Numbered from the stretch's first letter, positions 21,132 to 30,447 are shown. The stretch is 64,000 nucleotides of DNA from Longimicrobiales bacterium (GCA_965226375.1 CBDDCX010000006.1:608001-672000), one strand, 5' to 3'. Notes: generated by a model not told the origin, from the letters alone. Translations and numbers: made by a program.

Positions 21132-21145
21132 CGCTTCCGAGCCCG

Positions 21146-21892
21146 TCAGAACGTACCGACAAGGCTGAAGAACAGTTGCCCGTCGTTGTTGGAGCGAGCC
21201 CCGCGAGCCACCGCCTCACTGTCGTATGCGTCAACGAAAGAGAGCTGCAACGCGATCGTCTGGTTGAGCCGGAAAGCGAGGCTGTTACGCGACGTGAGGG
21301 TGTAGGTGGAGAGATCCGTCACTTCAGGTTCGTACGTGGTGTCACTCTCCCAGCGTATGGGACCCCCATCCGCCCCCCAGGTGATCTTGAGCCGGGCAGA
21401 GCCCTTCCCGACGACGCCCTCTTCTTCGCCGGCGCCCTCTCGGGGAATGGTCTTCTCAGCAACCACTGCAAGGCTCATCTCGGCCTGAGCACCATCCTCG
21501 GACCCGAACTGATACCGCCCGCCGGCCCCGGCGTTGTAGCGAAGATCGATCTTCTTTTCGAAAACCGACTCCATCTTTCCTCGCACGAAGCCGTTCAGCG
21601 CGCTGCCCGAGGCCAGATTCGCCTCCAGCTCCCCATCCCAGGCCCGCTTGTTCACACGGTTGTCCCCGTCCTCGTTGCTGGACTCTCCGTACGCGAAGCC
21701 CAACCTGCCGGCCCAGTCGAGCACACCTTGGTCGAACGTTCCGGAGAGGGCGGTGGTCACGGCCGACTGGCTGGTGTTGCCAAAGAAGATGCTCGCCCCG
21801 ACCTCGGTCTTCGCGGACCACCTCTTCTCCTGTCCGTAAGCCGGACCCGCAACAAGGATCAGGCCTGCGAGGACCACGATCATACCTCTCAT
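21146..21892 (-). CDS. DUF481-like outer-membrane beta-barrel protein
   Basis: Signal peptide, GNTS motif, amphipathic beta strands, GGRYQF, C-terminal Phe. Confidence 0.75.
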   Translation of the reverse strand: MRGMIVVLAGLILVAGPAYGQEKRWSAKTEVGASIFFGNTSQSAVTTALSGTFDQGVLDWAGRLGFAYGESSNEDGDNRVNKRAWDGELEANLASGSALNGFVRGKMESVFEKKIDLRYNAGAGGRYQFGSEDGAQAEMSLAVVAEKTIPREGAGEEEGVVGKGSARLKITWGADGGPIRWESDTTYEPEVTDLSTYTLTSRNSLAFRLNQTIALQLSFVDAYDSEAVARGARSNNDGQLFFSLVGTF

Positions 21893-22134
21893 ATTGACGA
21901 CTTTCCGTTACGGACCGGAGTCCACCCACTCGCGGACCTGTACCACCGGCCATTGCGCGCTCACTGGCGATCGGCCGAGCGCAGTGAAGTATTCTGCGAC
22001 GGGCGGAAGCTACCCCGTGAGGTCACGCGGGTTCACGCATGGGGCCCCTTGCCCGTTCCGTCCGCCCTGAACACGTTTACGTCCCGCCGGCACCCACTCG
22101 GGCGGACCTCACCTCATCTCTGGCTGAAGCTGCA

Positions 22135-22380
22135 TTGAGCAATATTTCCGAGCGCCCCCTGGCCGGTCTCACGATCCGGATCGATCGAGACCTGTGCGTA
22201 GGATTCGGTGACTGTATCGATGCCGGCCCTGACGTGTTCGAGTTCGACGAAGAGAGCATTGCCGTCTTCAAGGAGGGCAACCCCGACATCGACCGAGAGG
22301 CGCTCCTAGATGCCTGTTCGTCGTGTCCGGTCGACGCTCTCACGGCCCTGGATGAGGAGGGGACCCAGCTCGTCCCGTAG
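22135..22380 (+). CDS. single-cluster ferredoxin (probably 3Fe-4S)
   Basis: IDRDLCVGFGDC...ACSSCPVDAL; the second Cys position is replaced by Phe. TTG start is approximate. Confidence 0.85.
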   Translation: MSNISERPLAGLTIRIDRDLCVGFGDCIDAGPDVFEFDEESIAVFKEGNPDIDREALLDACSSCPVDALTALDEEGTQLVP

Positions 22381-22402
22381 CGGAGGACTACTGCCGAATC
22401 CG

Positions 22403-23302
22403 ATGCGCAAGATCAGAAGCTACCGAGAGGTCACCCACGAGACCGGGTCCCAGCTCCTCGAGCAGGTAGTCGAGCAACAGGAGCGACTCGCGGCGCGGCT
22501 CGCTCCCGTGGGATCGGTGGTGGCCGTGGCCAGCGGAAAAGGCGGTGTGGGCAAGAGCGCCATTACAGCGAATCTGGCCGTCGCTCTCGCCGAGCGCGGA
22601 TTGTCGGTCGGAGCCGCCGACGCGGATCTCAACGGGCCTTCTCTGGGCCGTATGCTGGGGGTGTCTGGCGCGCGCCTGGTCGATCGAGCGGAGGGAGTGG
22701 AGCCGGCCGTGAGCCCCACGGGAGTACGAGTCATGTCCATGGAGTTGCTCCAACAGGACGAGGACACGCCACTTCGGTGGCGAGAGCCGTCTACCGGAGG
22801 ATTCATTTGGCAGAGCACATTGGAGACCGGCGTGCTAAGAGAGTTTCTGGGTGACGTTGCGTGGGGCAACCTCGACGTTCTACTGGTCGACGTTCCCCCC
22901 GGAACGGACAAGATCGCCCGCCTCATGGAGTTGGTGCCGGATCTCGATCAGATGCTCCTCGTGACCACTCCGTCGGAGACCTCCCGCTTCGTCGTCTCGA
23001 AATCGGTGAGGATGGCGCGCGAGGCGGGCGTCCCGATCGTGGCCCTGGTGGCGAACATGACGGAGCACGTCTGCCCTTCCTGCGGGCACACGTCCCAGCT
23101 GTTCCACGGCGACGGGGCCCGGCGTCTGGCCGAGGAGTCGGGCGTACCGCTCTGGGGCGACATCCCCTTCGACGCGCGGCTCGGCGCTTCCACCGACCTG
23201 GGATCGCCGCTGGTGCAGGAAGACCCGGAAGCGGCCTCCAGCCGCGCGCTCTCGGCTCTAGCCGACCGAGTCGCCGCCGCCATCGAGGGGAATACGGAAT
23301 GA
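22403..23302 (+). CDS. Mrp/NBP35 (ApbC) P-loop ATPase, Fe-S carrier family
   Basis: SGKGGVGKS, DADLNGPS, WGNLDVLLVDVPPGT, VTTP, ANM...CPSCG. Confidence 0.92.
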   Translation: MRKIRSYREVTHETGSQLLEQVVEQQERLAARLAPVGSVVAVASGKGGVGKSAITANLAVALAERGLSVGAADADLNGPSLGRMLGVSGARLVDRAEGVEPAVSPTGVRVMSMELLQQDEDTPLRWREPSTGGFIWQSTLETGVLREFLGDVAWGNLDVLLVDVPPGTDKIARLMELVPDLDQMLLVTTPSETSRFVVSKSVRMAREAGVPIVALVANMTEHVCPSCGHTSQLFHGDGARRLAEESGVPLWGDIPFDARLGASTDLGSPLVQEDPEAASSRALSALADRVAAAIEGNTE

Positions 23303-23772
23303 AGTTTCTCTGCCTCGAGTGCGACGACGTGATGGACTTCGCCGAGCGGCAGCTTCCCGGCGACGGAACGCTGACCGCCGTGTTCAGATGCGGCTCCTGC
23401 GGACGAGAGGTCGCAATGCTCACGAACCCCATGGAGACGCAGCTCGTGTCGAGCTTGGGAGTGAAGATCGGGGGTCGCGAGGTACCCTCGCAGCCCCTCG
23501 AGATGGTCCGCACCTCTCTCGAGGGGGGCAGAGAAGAGGCCTTCGACATCTCGGGGGACATTCCGAGACAGCCGCCCGAGCAGCCCACACCCACTGGGCA
23601 GCCGGTCGGATGGAGCCCTGAGGCCACGGAGCGCTTAGCCAAGGTCCCCAGCTTTGTGCGAGGCATGGTGAAGCGTATCTACGTCGACTGGGCCAAGGAA
23701 AACGGGGTGGCCGAGATGACGCCAGATGTCATGGACCGGGCCCGGACCGATCTGGGCTTGGAGGATATGTAG
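23299..23772 (+). CDS. Zn-ribbon plus PCP_red-like domain protein
   Basis: ATGA overlap with mrp; MKFLCLECD...CGSCG; C-terminal WSPEATERLAKVPSFVRGMVKR...AKENG...MTPDVMDRAR. Confidence 0.85.
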   Translation: MKFLCLECDDVMDFAERQLPGDGTLTAVFRCGSCGREVAMLTNPMETQLVSSLGVKIGGREVPSQPLEMVRTSLEGGREEAFDISGDIPRQPPEQPTPTGQPVGWSPEATERLAKVPSFVRGMVKRIYVDWAKENGVAEMTPDVMDRARTDLGLEDM

Positions 23773-23869
23773 GCTTGTTCCCGGCCAGGGTGGACGGTAC
23801 ATACTCGGACCTGATTGCCGTCTTTAATATGGGCGATTCCGGTAGGGAGTAGGTGTCCGTTCGGGTTTG

Positions 23870-23899
23870 TTGACAGGTCTCAGAAGGGCCGGGTATACT
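23870..23899 (+). promoter_or_regulatory. sigma70-type promoter
   Basis: TTGACA-N18-TATACT. Confidence 0.6.
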
Positions 23900-24226
23900 G
23901 GCCCCCGGGTACGACCCCCTCGCAGCCTCGGAGGGGCAGGACAAGGGCTCGCGAGACACTCGGTACAAGGGCATAATACGAGGTTCACGAGGACTGAAAT
24001 CCTCGTCTTCGGGGCTCGGCGTAGCCGGCCCCCTATATGTATTAATTGTTGCAGCGATAATCGTTGCCGGGCGCCTGACGTCTAGCTGGAGAAGTGCAAG
24101 CTCGATCGATGATCCGTCTTCCCTTCTTGGGGGAAGAGCGGACCGCTCCGAAGGACTCGGAGAGAGGAGGCTCTGTGCTGCCGGAAGACGAAGGTGCTAG
24201 GCTAATCGACTATGCCCGAGGTGTTT

Positions 24227-26353
24227 ATGTACCGTGAAGTCTTCGTACCGGTCGACAATTCCCCACATTCGCACTGGGCCGTCGATCGGGCCATTGAAGT
24301 CTGTGCCCGTTCGGACGGACAGATCACCGGCAACCACGTCTATGCGGCACGTCTACACGACGTTCGCTTTAGGCAACTCGAAACCGGTCTTCCCGCTCAA
24401 TTCCAGAGTGCCGCAGAGATCAAACGGCAACGGAAGATTCACGACAAGCTGATCGAGAAGGGTCTTCAGCTCATCTCCGATTCGTTCCTCGACCAGACGT
24501 CCAAGGCATGTGACGCGGCTGGGGTCACCTTGACCAGGCAACTGCTCGAGGGCATCCACTACGAGGAGGTCATCCGCGAGGCCAACGCCGGCCATGGACG
24601 GCTGCCCAGCCTCATCGGCTTCGACCCGAACATCGCCGATAAGTACGACGGGGGTGACACGGTCCGGAGCGACGTGGCCATCGACGACGATGGACGCATC
24701 ATCGCCGAGGACGAGGAGCAAGACGAAAAACTCGCCGGCTCGAGCGGTCGCAAATACGACCTGATGGTCATCGGAGCCCACGGCATCGGCAAGCAGCCGT
24801 ACTCCCAACTCGGCGGCATGGTCTCCCGCGTAATCCGGGGGGTCGAAAAGGATACGCTGATCGTCCGGGACGACAAGGCGTTGGCGAACGGCGATTGGGT
24901 TATTTGTGTCGACGGCTCCTCGTACTCCTACAAGGCGATGCGGCTGGCTCTCGAGATGGCGAGGGACTTCGGGGCAAAGCTCCATGTATGCTCGGCCTTC
25001 GACGTGGAATACCACCACGCCGTGTTCGGCAACATCAAGGACATCCTCTCGGTCCAGGCCTCGAAAGTGTTCAAGTTCGAGGAGCAGGAAGAGCTCCACA
25101 ACAACATCATCGACAAGGGTCTGCTGAAGCTCGCCCAGGCGAACCTCAAGCGAGCTCAGGTGATGGCTGACCAGTTCCCTGACGTAGAGGTCGAGACACA
25201 GATCCTGATCGGCAAGCCATTTCAGTGCATTCTTCAGTGGATTGAAGAACTCGAACCGAGCCTCGTGGTCATCGCACGTCACGGCGGACACCGGGTCGAG
25301 GGCACTGACATGGGCTCACAAGCGGACAACCTTTGTCGACTCGCCCACAGCAACATCCTTCTGGTCGGGACCTTGGACGTCCGTCCCGACGACATCCCTT
25401 GGATCGAGGAGGACGGTGAGACGGGCCTCGAATGGTCGCCCGACGCCGAGGTCCGCATCCTGCGCGTGCCTTCCTTTGCTCTCGGGATTGCCCGTAAGGC
25501 GGTAGAGGAATACGTGCTGGACAACTACGGAAGTGGGGCCAACGGCACGTACCGAGAGGATCCGCTCCCGTCGACAAACGGTTCCGCCACCAGCGGGATC
25601 GCCGCATCGAATGGTGCCGCCTCGCCCGACGCAGTGGAGCAGGAGTGCACGGCAGTACCTCCCCTAGGGGCCGGCGGCCTACCCATGGTTACCAGCCCAC
25701 GGCTGGACGAGGCCATTCAAAAGCTCCTTCCCACCCACATGCAGTTGATTATGGGAATCGGCACGGCGGAGGAACTCGCCCTGGCCGAAGTGAAGGCCGA
25801 CGAGGCCATGAAACGCACCGTTGTGGAGGGCCTGGACGCCGACCCGATTCCGGATGTGCCCATGGTCTCGGGCACGTGCCCCCACTCGGGACACATACTG
25901 AACCGCGAACGAACGGCCCAGGATCCAGTCCAATGGACCCAAGAGGCCTTCGAGCGACTCAAGGCCGTTCCGCTCATCGCCAGACCTTTGGCTCGGAACA
26001 CAGTGGAGCGCTTTGCCCGTGAGCAGGACATCTGGCGCGTGACGACACCGGTCATGGACGAGAACAAGCAGGCCATGATCGAGGCGGACGAGTTCGATAT
26101 GGACACCATGCTGGTCATGTTCCGTGAGCTCCAGACCAAACAGATCAGGGCGGAGGCCGAGGGAGTCGACGGGCTCACACCCGAAATGCGGAAGTTTATC
26201 GAAGAGGCCAAGGCCAGCGGCGTCACTCGCTGCCCCATCCGCGACGTGGCGGAAGCGGCCGACCAGTGCCCGGTCGACATAAAGACCGTTTCGCCCGAAG
26301 ACGCCAAGGCGGCCGTCGAGCAGTTCATGAACAAAGAGGCCAACAAGGCGTGA
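24227..26353 (+). CDS. tandem universal stress protein (2 x USP) with two PCP_red-like domains and Cys-Pro motifs
   Basis: VPVDNSPHSHWAV, DLMVIGAHGIG, CVDGSSYS, VVIARHG..MGSQADNL; WSPDAEVRILRVPSFALGIARKAVEEY and WTQEAFERLKAVPLIARPLARNTVERFARE; GAGGTG RBS before ATG 24227. Confidence 0.85.
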   Translation: MYREVFVPVDNSPHSHWAVDRAIEVCARSDGQITGNHVYAARLHDVRFRQLETGLPAQFQSAAEIKRQRKIHDKLIEKGLQLISDSFLDQTSKACDAAGVTLTRQLLEGIHYEEVIREANAGHGRLPSLIGFDPNIADKYDGGDTVRSDVAIDDDGRIIAEDEEQDEKLAGSSGRKYDLMVIGAHGIGKQPYSQLGGMVSRVIRGVEKDTLIVRDDKALANGDWVICVDGSSYSYKAMRLALEMARDFGAKLHVCSAFDVEYHHAVFGNIKDILSVQASKVFKFEEQEELHNNIIDKGLLKLAQANLKRAQVMADQFPDVEVETQILIGKPFQCILQWIEELEPSLVVIARHGGHRVEGTDMGSQADNLCRLAHSNILLVGTLDVRPDDIPWIEEDGETGLEWSPDAEVRILRVPSFALGIARKAVEEYVLDNYGSGANGTYREDPLPSTNGSATSGIAASNGAASPDAVEQECTAVPPLGAGGLPMVTSPRLDEAIQKLLPTHMQLIMGIGTAEELALAEVKADEAMKRTVVEGLDADPIPDVPMVSGTCPHSGHILNRERTAQDPVQWTQEAFERLKAVPLIARPLARNTVERFAREQDIWRVTTPVMDENKQAMIEADEFDMDTMLVMFRELQTKQIRAEAEGVDGLTPEMRKFIEEAKASGVTRCPIRDVAEAADQCPVDIKTVSPEDAKAAVEQFMNKEANKA

Positions 26354-27729
26354 TCCGCAGCGTCGACCGCACCTCCTCCTCTGCTGCGACGCTGTCGCCG
26401 CCGGCTCCGGCCGAACGGCGAGACGCCCCAGGTCAGCGCTCCGGCAACGGCTACGTGCCGCACGTCGTCGCGTGGAACCTGACCAAACGGTGCAACCTCG
26501 AGTGCGCACACTGCTACATATCCGCCGGATCGTGGCATCTGGCCTCAGAGGAGCTCTCCACCGAGGAGTGCTTCCGTGTCCTCGACGAGATCCTCGAGGT
26601 CAACCCCCACCCGATGCTCATCCTGACGGGCGGAGAGCCGCTGGTACGGGATGATCTGGAGGCCATCGCCGAGAGGGCGTCCTCTCGAGGAGCCACGGTA
26701 GTCGTCGGAACCAACGGCACCAGGCTGACCGGAGAGCGCATCGACTCGTTGATGGCGGCGGGGATCAAGGGTGTTGCCGTAAGCATCGACTCGCTTCGAT
26801 CCGAATACCATGATCGCTTCCGGCATGGCGGCGGTGCCCTCACCGACACGATGGCCGCCGTCGAACGATGTGCCGAACGCAAGCTGGACTTCGTCATCCA
26901 GACAACCGTAACTACGGGAAATCGGCATGAGATTGCCGATTTGGCGAATTGGTCGGCCACGGCCGGAGCTGTTTCCTTTAATGTGTATTTCGTGGTCCCG
27001 ACGGGTCGGGCCGAGCTGATGGGCGGTATGACGCCTGCCGAGAACGATGAGGTCCTCCAGGAATTGGTCGCGCTCGAGCAGACGTACCGGGGGCGAATGA
27101 TGATTCGCTCCAAGTGCCAACCGCAGCTCATGCGCCACGTCATCGACGGCGATCCGGACTCGCCTTTGCTCAACTACGAGACGCGCTGCCCCTGCGGCGT
27201 GCACTACGTGCGAATCACTCCCGAGGGCAAGGTCACGCCCTGCCCCTATATGCCCGTTGTCGCCGGCGACCTGATGAAGGACAGCTTCCGAACCATCTGG
27301 CAGACCTCGGAGGTCTTCAGTGATCTTCGGTCGGGCCAGCTCTCGGGACGCTGTGGGCGCTGCGAATACCGCGAGGTATGCGGTGGCTGTAGAGCCCGGG
27401 CTTACGCGGAGACGGGCGATTTTCTGGGCCCGGACGACTCGTGCGTCTACGAGCCCACGGGTGAGGTACCCCTGATTGCTCGGGTACAGGCCGTAGCCTA
27501 CGGTCAGGCGGCCGCGTCCGAGATGGCTTGGTCCCCAGAGGCCCGGGCTCGTCTGGACAAGGTTCCGAGTTTCGTGAGGGGGGTCGTGACGGCCCGCGTC
27601 GAGAAATTCGCCCTTGAAAGGGGCTATTCCAGCGTAGATATCGAGGTCACGGAAGAAGTGCGTAAGAGCCTTCCCGTAGATTTCTCGAAAAAGCTTCCGT
27701 TCTTTCTCGGTAGAGGAGGTACGGCATGA
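26350..27729 (+). CDS. radical SAM/SPASM enzyme (AhbD/NirJ-like) with C-terminal PCP_red-like domain
   Basis: GTGA overlap; WNLTKRCNLECAHCY, LTGGEPL, GTNG; SPASM CPCG..ITPEGKVTPCPY..CGRCEYREVCGGCRARA..C; WSPEARARLDKVPSFVRGVV. Confidence 0.9.
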   Translation: MIRSVDRTSSSAATLSPPAPAERRDAPGQRSGNGYVPHVVAWNLTKRCNLECAHCYISAGSWHLASEELSTEECFRVLDEILEVNPHPMLILTGGEPLVRDDLEAIAERASSRGATVVVGTNGTRLTGERIDSLMAAGIKGVAVSIDSLRSEYHDRFRHGGGALTDTMAAVERCAERKLDFVIQTTVTTGNRHEIADLANWSATAGAVSFNVYFVVPTGRAELMGGMTPAENDEVLQELVALEQTYRGRMMIRSKCQPQLMRHVIDGDPDSPLLNYETRCPCGVHYVRITPEGKVTPCPYMPVVAGDLMKDSFRTIWQTSEVFSDLRSGQLSGRCGRCEYREVCGGCRARAYAETGDFLGPDDSCVYEPTGEVPLIARVQAVAYGQAAASEMAWSPEARARLDKVPSFVRGVVTARVEKFALERGYSSVDIEVTEEVRKSLPVDFSKKLPFFLGRGGTA

Positions 27730-27810
27730 ACCGGCGCGCTAGAAGGCTGTTGACAAGAAAGGAAACGTGATGAGTCGAGGGAGCCGACGACTCGGCGTGG
27801 CAGTGCGGCA

Positions 27811-29571
27811 TTGAAGTTCCTGGGGGCCTTGGGCCTGGTGGGCCTGGTCTTCCAGGTCTTCCCAGACGCCGCGTGGGCGCAGGACGTTGCGGTACGGCAG
27901 TACGGCGACTTTCCCATGGTGGGGAGTCGGGTCGCGGTGTGGGTGGCCGCGCAGGTGCACCTCCTCTTCGCAGCGTTCGTTCTCGGGGTACCGATGTTTG
28001 CGGTCGTAGCAGAGGCCATCGGCATCTTCGCGGGTCACGAGAAGTACGATAAGCTCGCCAAGGAATTCACCCGACTCCTCCTGGTGGCCTACTCAGCCAC
28101 GGCGATCTGGGGAGCGATCCTATCCTTCCTGCTCGTCACCCTGTATCCGAGACTTTGGATCTATCTGGCGGAGATCTTCGAATTCTCCATGTGGATCTAT
28201 GTAGGCCTCTTCTTTCTCGAGTCGTTCACGCTGTACCTCTACTACTACGGCTGGGATCGCTGGAAGAAGGGGCGTGCCAAGCTGGCTCACTGGGGTCTGG
28301 GCATCATGCTCAACGTGTGGGGCACCACCGTCATGTTCATCGCCAACTCCTGGTTGACGTACATGATGAGCCCGCCCGCCGATGTCGGCCCCGACACGTC
28401 ACCGGCCATGGTCCAATTCTGGAGCGCCTTCGCCAACGCGACCTGGATGCCGATCAACATCCACCGGATTATCGCGAACGTGGTCTTCGGTGGTGCTATC
28501 GTGGGCGCCTACGCCGCCTACCGCTTCCTAATGGCAAAGACGGATGAGGAACGCGCCCACTACGACTGGATGGGCTACGTCGGCAACCTGATCGCCATCG
28601 GTGCGCTCATCGTCCTTCCGTTCGCCGGTTACTACCTGGGCCGCGAGGTCTACGAGTTCAACCAGCAAATGGGCATCACCATGATGGGCGGGTTCATGAG
28701 CTGGCTTTGGATTATCCAGGCCTTCCTCATCGGTGTGTTGTTCCTGACCGGCAACTACTACCTCTGGGTGGGAATGGGCCGGATTCCCGGGGCCGAACGT
28801 TTCACTCCCTACACGAAATACATGCTGGTGGTACTCGTGATCGGGGTGATGGTATGGGCCACGCCGCACACCATGATCGCCAACAGAGAAGAAATCGCCG
28901 CGATGGGAGGCACCAACCACCCCTTCCTGGGTGTCCTCGGGGTCATGAGCGCCAAGAACACGGCTGTGAACATCATGATCCTGACCACGTTCCTGTCCTT
29001 CCTGCTCTATCGTCGCGCAAACATTCGGCCGACGGTCAGTTGGGCGAGGACCGGAACCCTGATTCAGGCGGCTCTGTTCATCATCGCCGCGGGCATCGTG
29101 ATCTTCTACGGGATCTACGGATACTTCGTCAGCGCAATCGTCCGGATTGGATTCTCGGTCTATCAGGTGCTGGCGGTGCTCTTCACGATCTTCGCGGTCG
29201 TCGGGATCGATATTGTTCTCGCGCGGGGCGCGGAGTCCAGGGGCGAGATCCGCTGGGGACAGATGCCTCCGAGGTCTCAGTACGCCCTCTTCATTCTCGC
29301 CGTCACGTTCACCTGGCTCATGGGCCTCATGGGCTTCGCTCGCAGTGGAATCCGACAGCACTGGCACGTCTGGGAGGTCATGCGTGACACCAGCGAGTGG
29401 GCGGCGACGCCGGCCCTGGGCTACGCGTCCGTGGTGATCTCGGTGTGTGTGCTGATCTTCCTCACGTTGGTTGCCTTCATCTTCTGGCTCGGCGGACTCG
29501 CGGAGAAGCCTGTGATATCGGGCGCCGGTGCCTCGTCCTCGCCTGAGCTCGCTCCTGCGGCAGGCGATTGA
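27811..29571 (+). CDS. cytochrome bd-like oxidase subunit I (OR-N / Nitrospira-type), no CydB partner
   Basis: AQVHLLFAAFVLGVP, FFLESFTLY, ANSWLTYMMSP, NIHRIIAN, MGLMGFARSGIRQHWHV; many TM helices. Start uncertain (possible ATG 27770 with a missing G). Confidence 0.85.
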   Translation: MKFLGALGLVGLVFQVFPDAAWAQDVAVRQYGDFPMVGSRVAVWVAAQVHLLFAAFVLGVPMFAVVAEAIGIFAGHEKYDKLAKEFTRLLLVAYSATAIWGAILSFLLVTLYPRLWIYLAEIFEFSMWIYVGLFFLESFTLYLYYYGWDRWKKGRAKLAHWGLGIMLNVWGTTVMFIANSWLTYMMSPPADVGPDTSPAMVQFWSAFANATWMPINIHRIIANVVFGGAIVGAYAAYRFLMAKTDEERAHYDWMGYVGNLIAIGALIVLPFAGYYLGREVYEFNQQMGITMMGGFMSWLWIIQAFLIGVLFLTGNYYLWVGMGRIPGAERFTPYTKYMLVVLVIGVMVWATPHTMIANREEIAAMGGTNHPFLGVLGVMSAKNTAVNIMILTTFLSFLLYRRANIRPTVSWARTGTLIQAALFIIAAGIVIFYGIYGYFVSAIVRIGFSVYQVLAVLFTIFAVVGIDIVLARGAESRGEIRWGQMPPRSQYALFILAVTFTWLMGLMGFARSGIRQHWHVWEVMRDTSEWAATPALGYASVVISVCVLIFLTLVAFIFWLGGLAEKPVISGAGASSSPELAPAAGD

Positions 29572-29632
29572 ATGAAAGGCCCGGCTGTCTAGACATGAAT
29601 ACGACTTCTGACTCGAGAGACTGAGACGCGCG

Positions 29633-30430
29633 ATGCTTGCAGAGAATCTGAGGATCTTGGCGGTCGTTCTCGGGACCCTTGGGATCTTCACCCTGGTGGC
29701 GAACTCCATTCCCCAAGTCCAGTCCGAGGTGCCACAGGAGCTGACCTTTGGAGCCAACGTCACGGCGGCCGAATTGGTCTCGTCGGGAGGGACCCTTTAC
29801 AACGGGGCGGGCGGTTGTGTGGCCTGCCACGGGCTGGGGACTCGCGCCCCCAACCTCTTGACGGACGCAGGCGGCACGGGCTCCATCGGGCAACGTTGTG
29901 GCGACCGCGTGAGTGGGCAGGACTGCAAGACCTACTTGTACAACTCCATGACGGACCCGGCCGGCTTCCTGGTCGAAGGCTATAATCCGATCATGCCCGA
30001 CATGCGCCGCTCCCTTTCGGACGCACAAATCTGGTCGGTCGTCGCCTTCCTGCAGGATCAGGGTGGCGAAGTAACGGTCACCGGAGCTGACCTCACCGCA
30101 GAGGACGGAGGGGCGGAGCCGGCCGCTGCTGCTGCGCCCACGGCCGCTGCTCCGGCGACTGCATCCCTCGATCCCGTCGAAATCATGCGGGCCAATACCT
30201 GCCTGGTATGTCATCAGTTCAACGGTGAAGGCGCGCCCATGGGACCGCCCTTCGACGGGATGGGGGGACGGGTAGACGCGGACTACATCCGCCAATCGAT
30301 CCTGGACCCGTCGGCGGGCGCATCGGCGGGCTTCGAAGCGTTCATCGGCGTCATGCCGGCGATCTTCGGTAGCCAGCTTACGGCCGCGCAGCTCGAGGCC
30401 GTGGTTCAGTTCCTGGCCAGCCAACAGTAA
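29633..30430 (+). CDS. membrane-anchored diheme cytochrome c
   Basis: N-terminal TM; CVACH...IMP and CLVCH...VMP. Confidence 0.9.
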   Translation: MLAENLRILAVVLGTLGIFTLVANSIPQVQSEVPQELTFGANVTAAELVSSGGTLYNGAGGCVACHGLGTRAPNLLTDAGGTGSIGQRCGDRVSGQDCKTYLYNSMTDPAGFLVEGYNPIMPDMRRSLSDAQIWSVVAFLQDQGGEVTVTGADLTAEDGGAEPAAAAAPTAAAPATASLDPVEIMRANTCLVCHQFNGEGAPMGPPFDGMGGRVDADYIRQSILDPSAGASAGFEAFIGVMPAIFGSQLTAAQLEAVVQFLASQQ

Positions 30431-30447
30431 GGGGAGGCGGAACGCGA

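Noticed and set aside
23299..27729. Photosynthesis (bchB/chlB) interpretation of the PCP_red-like domains
   Set aside because: Only the small C-terminal domain is present; no nitrogenase-like catalytic domain and no bchL or bchN in the window.
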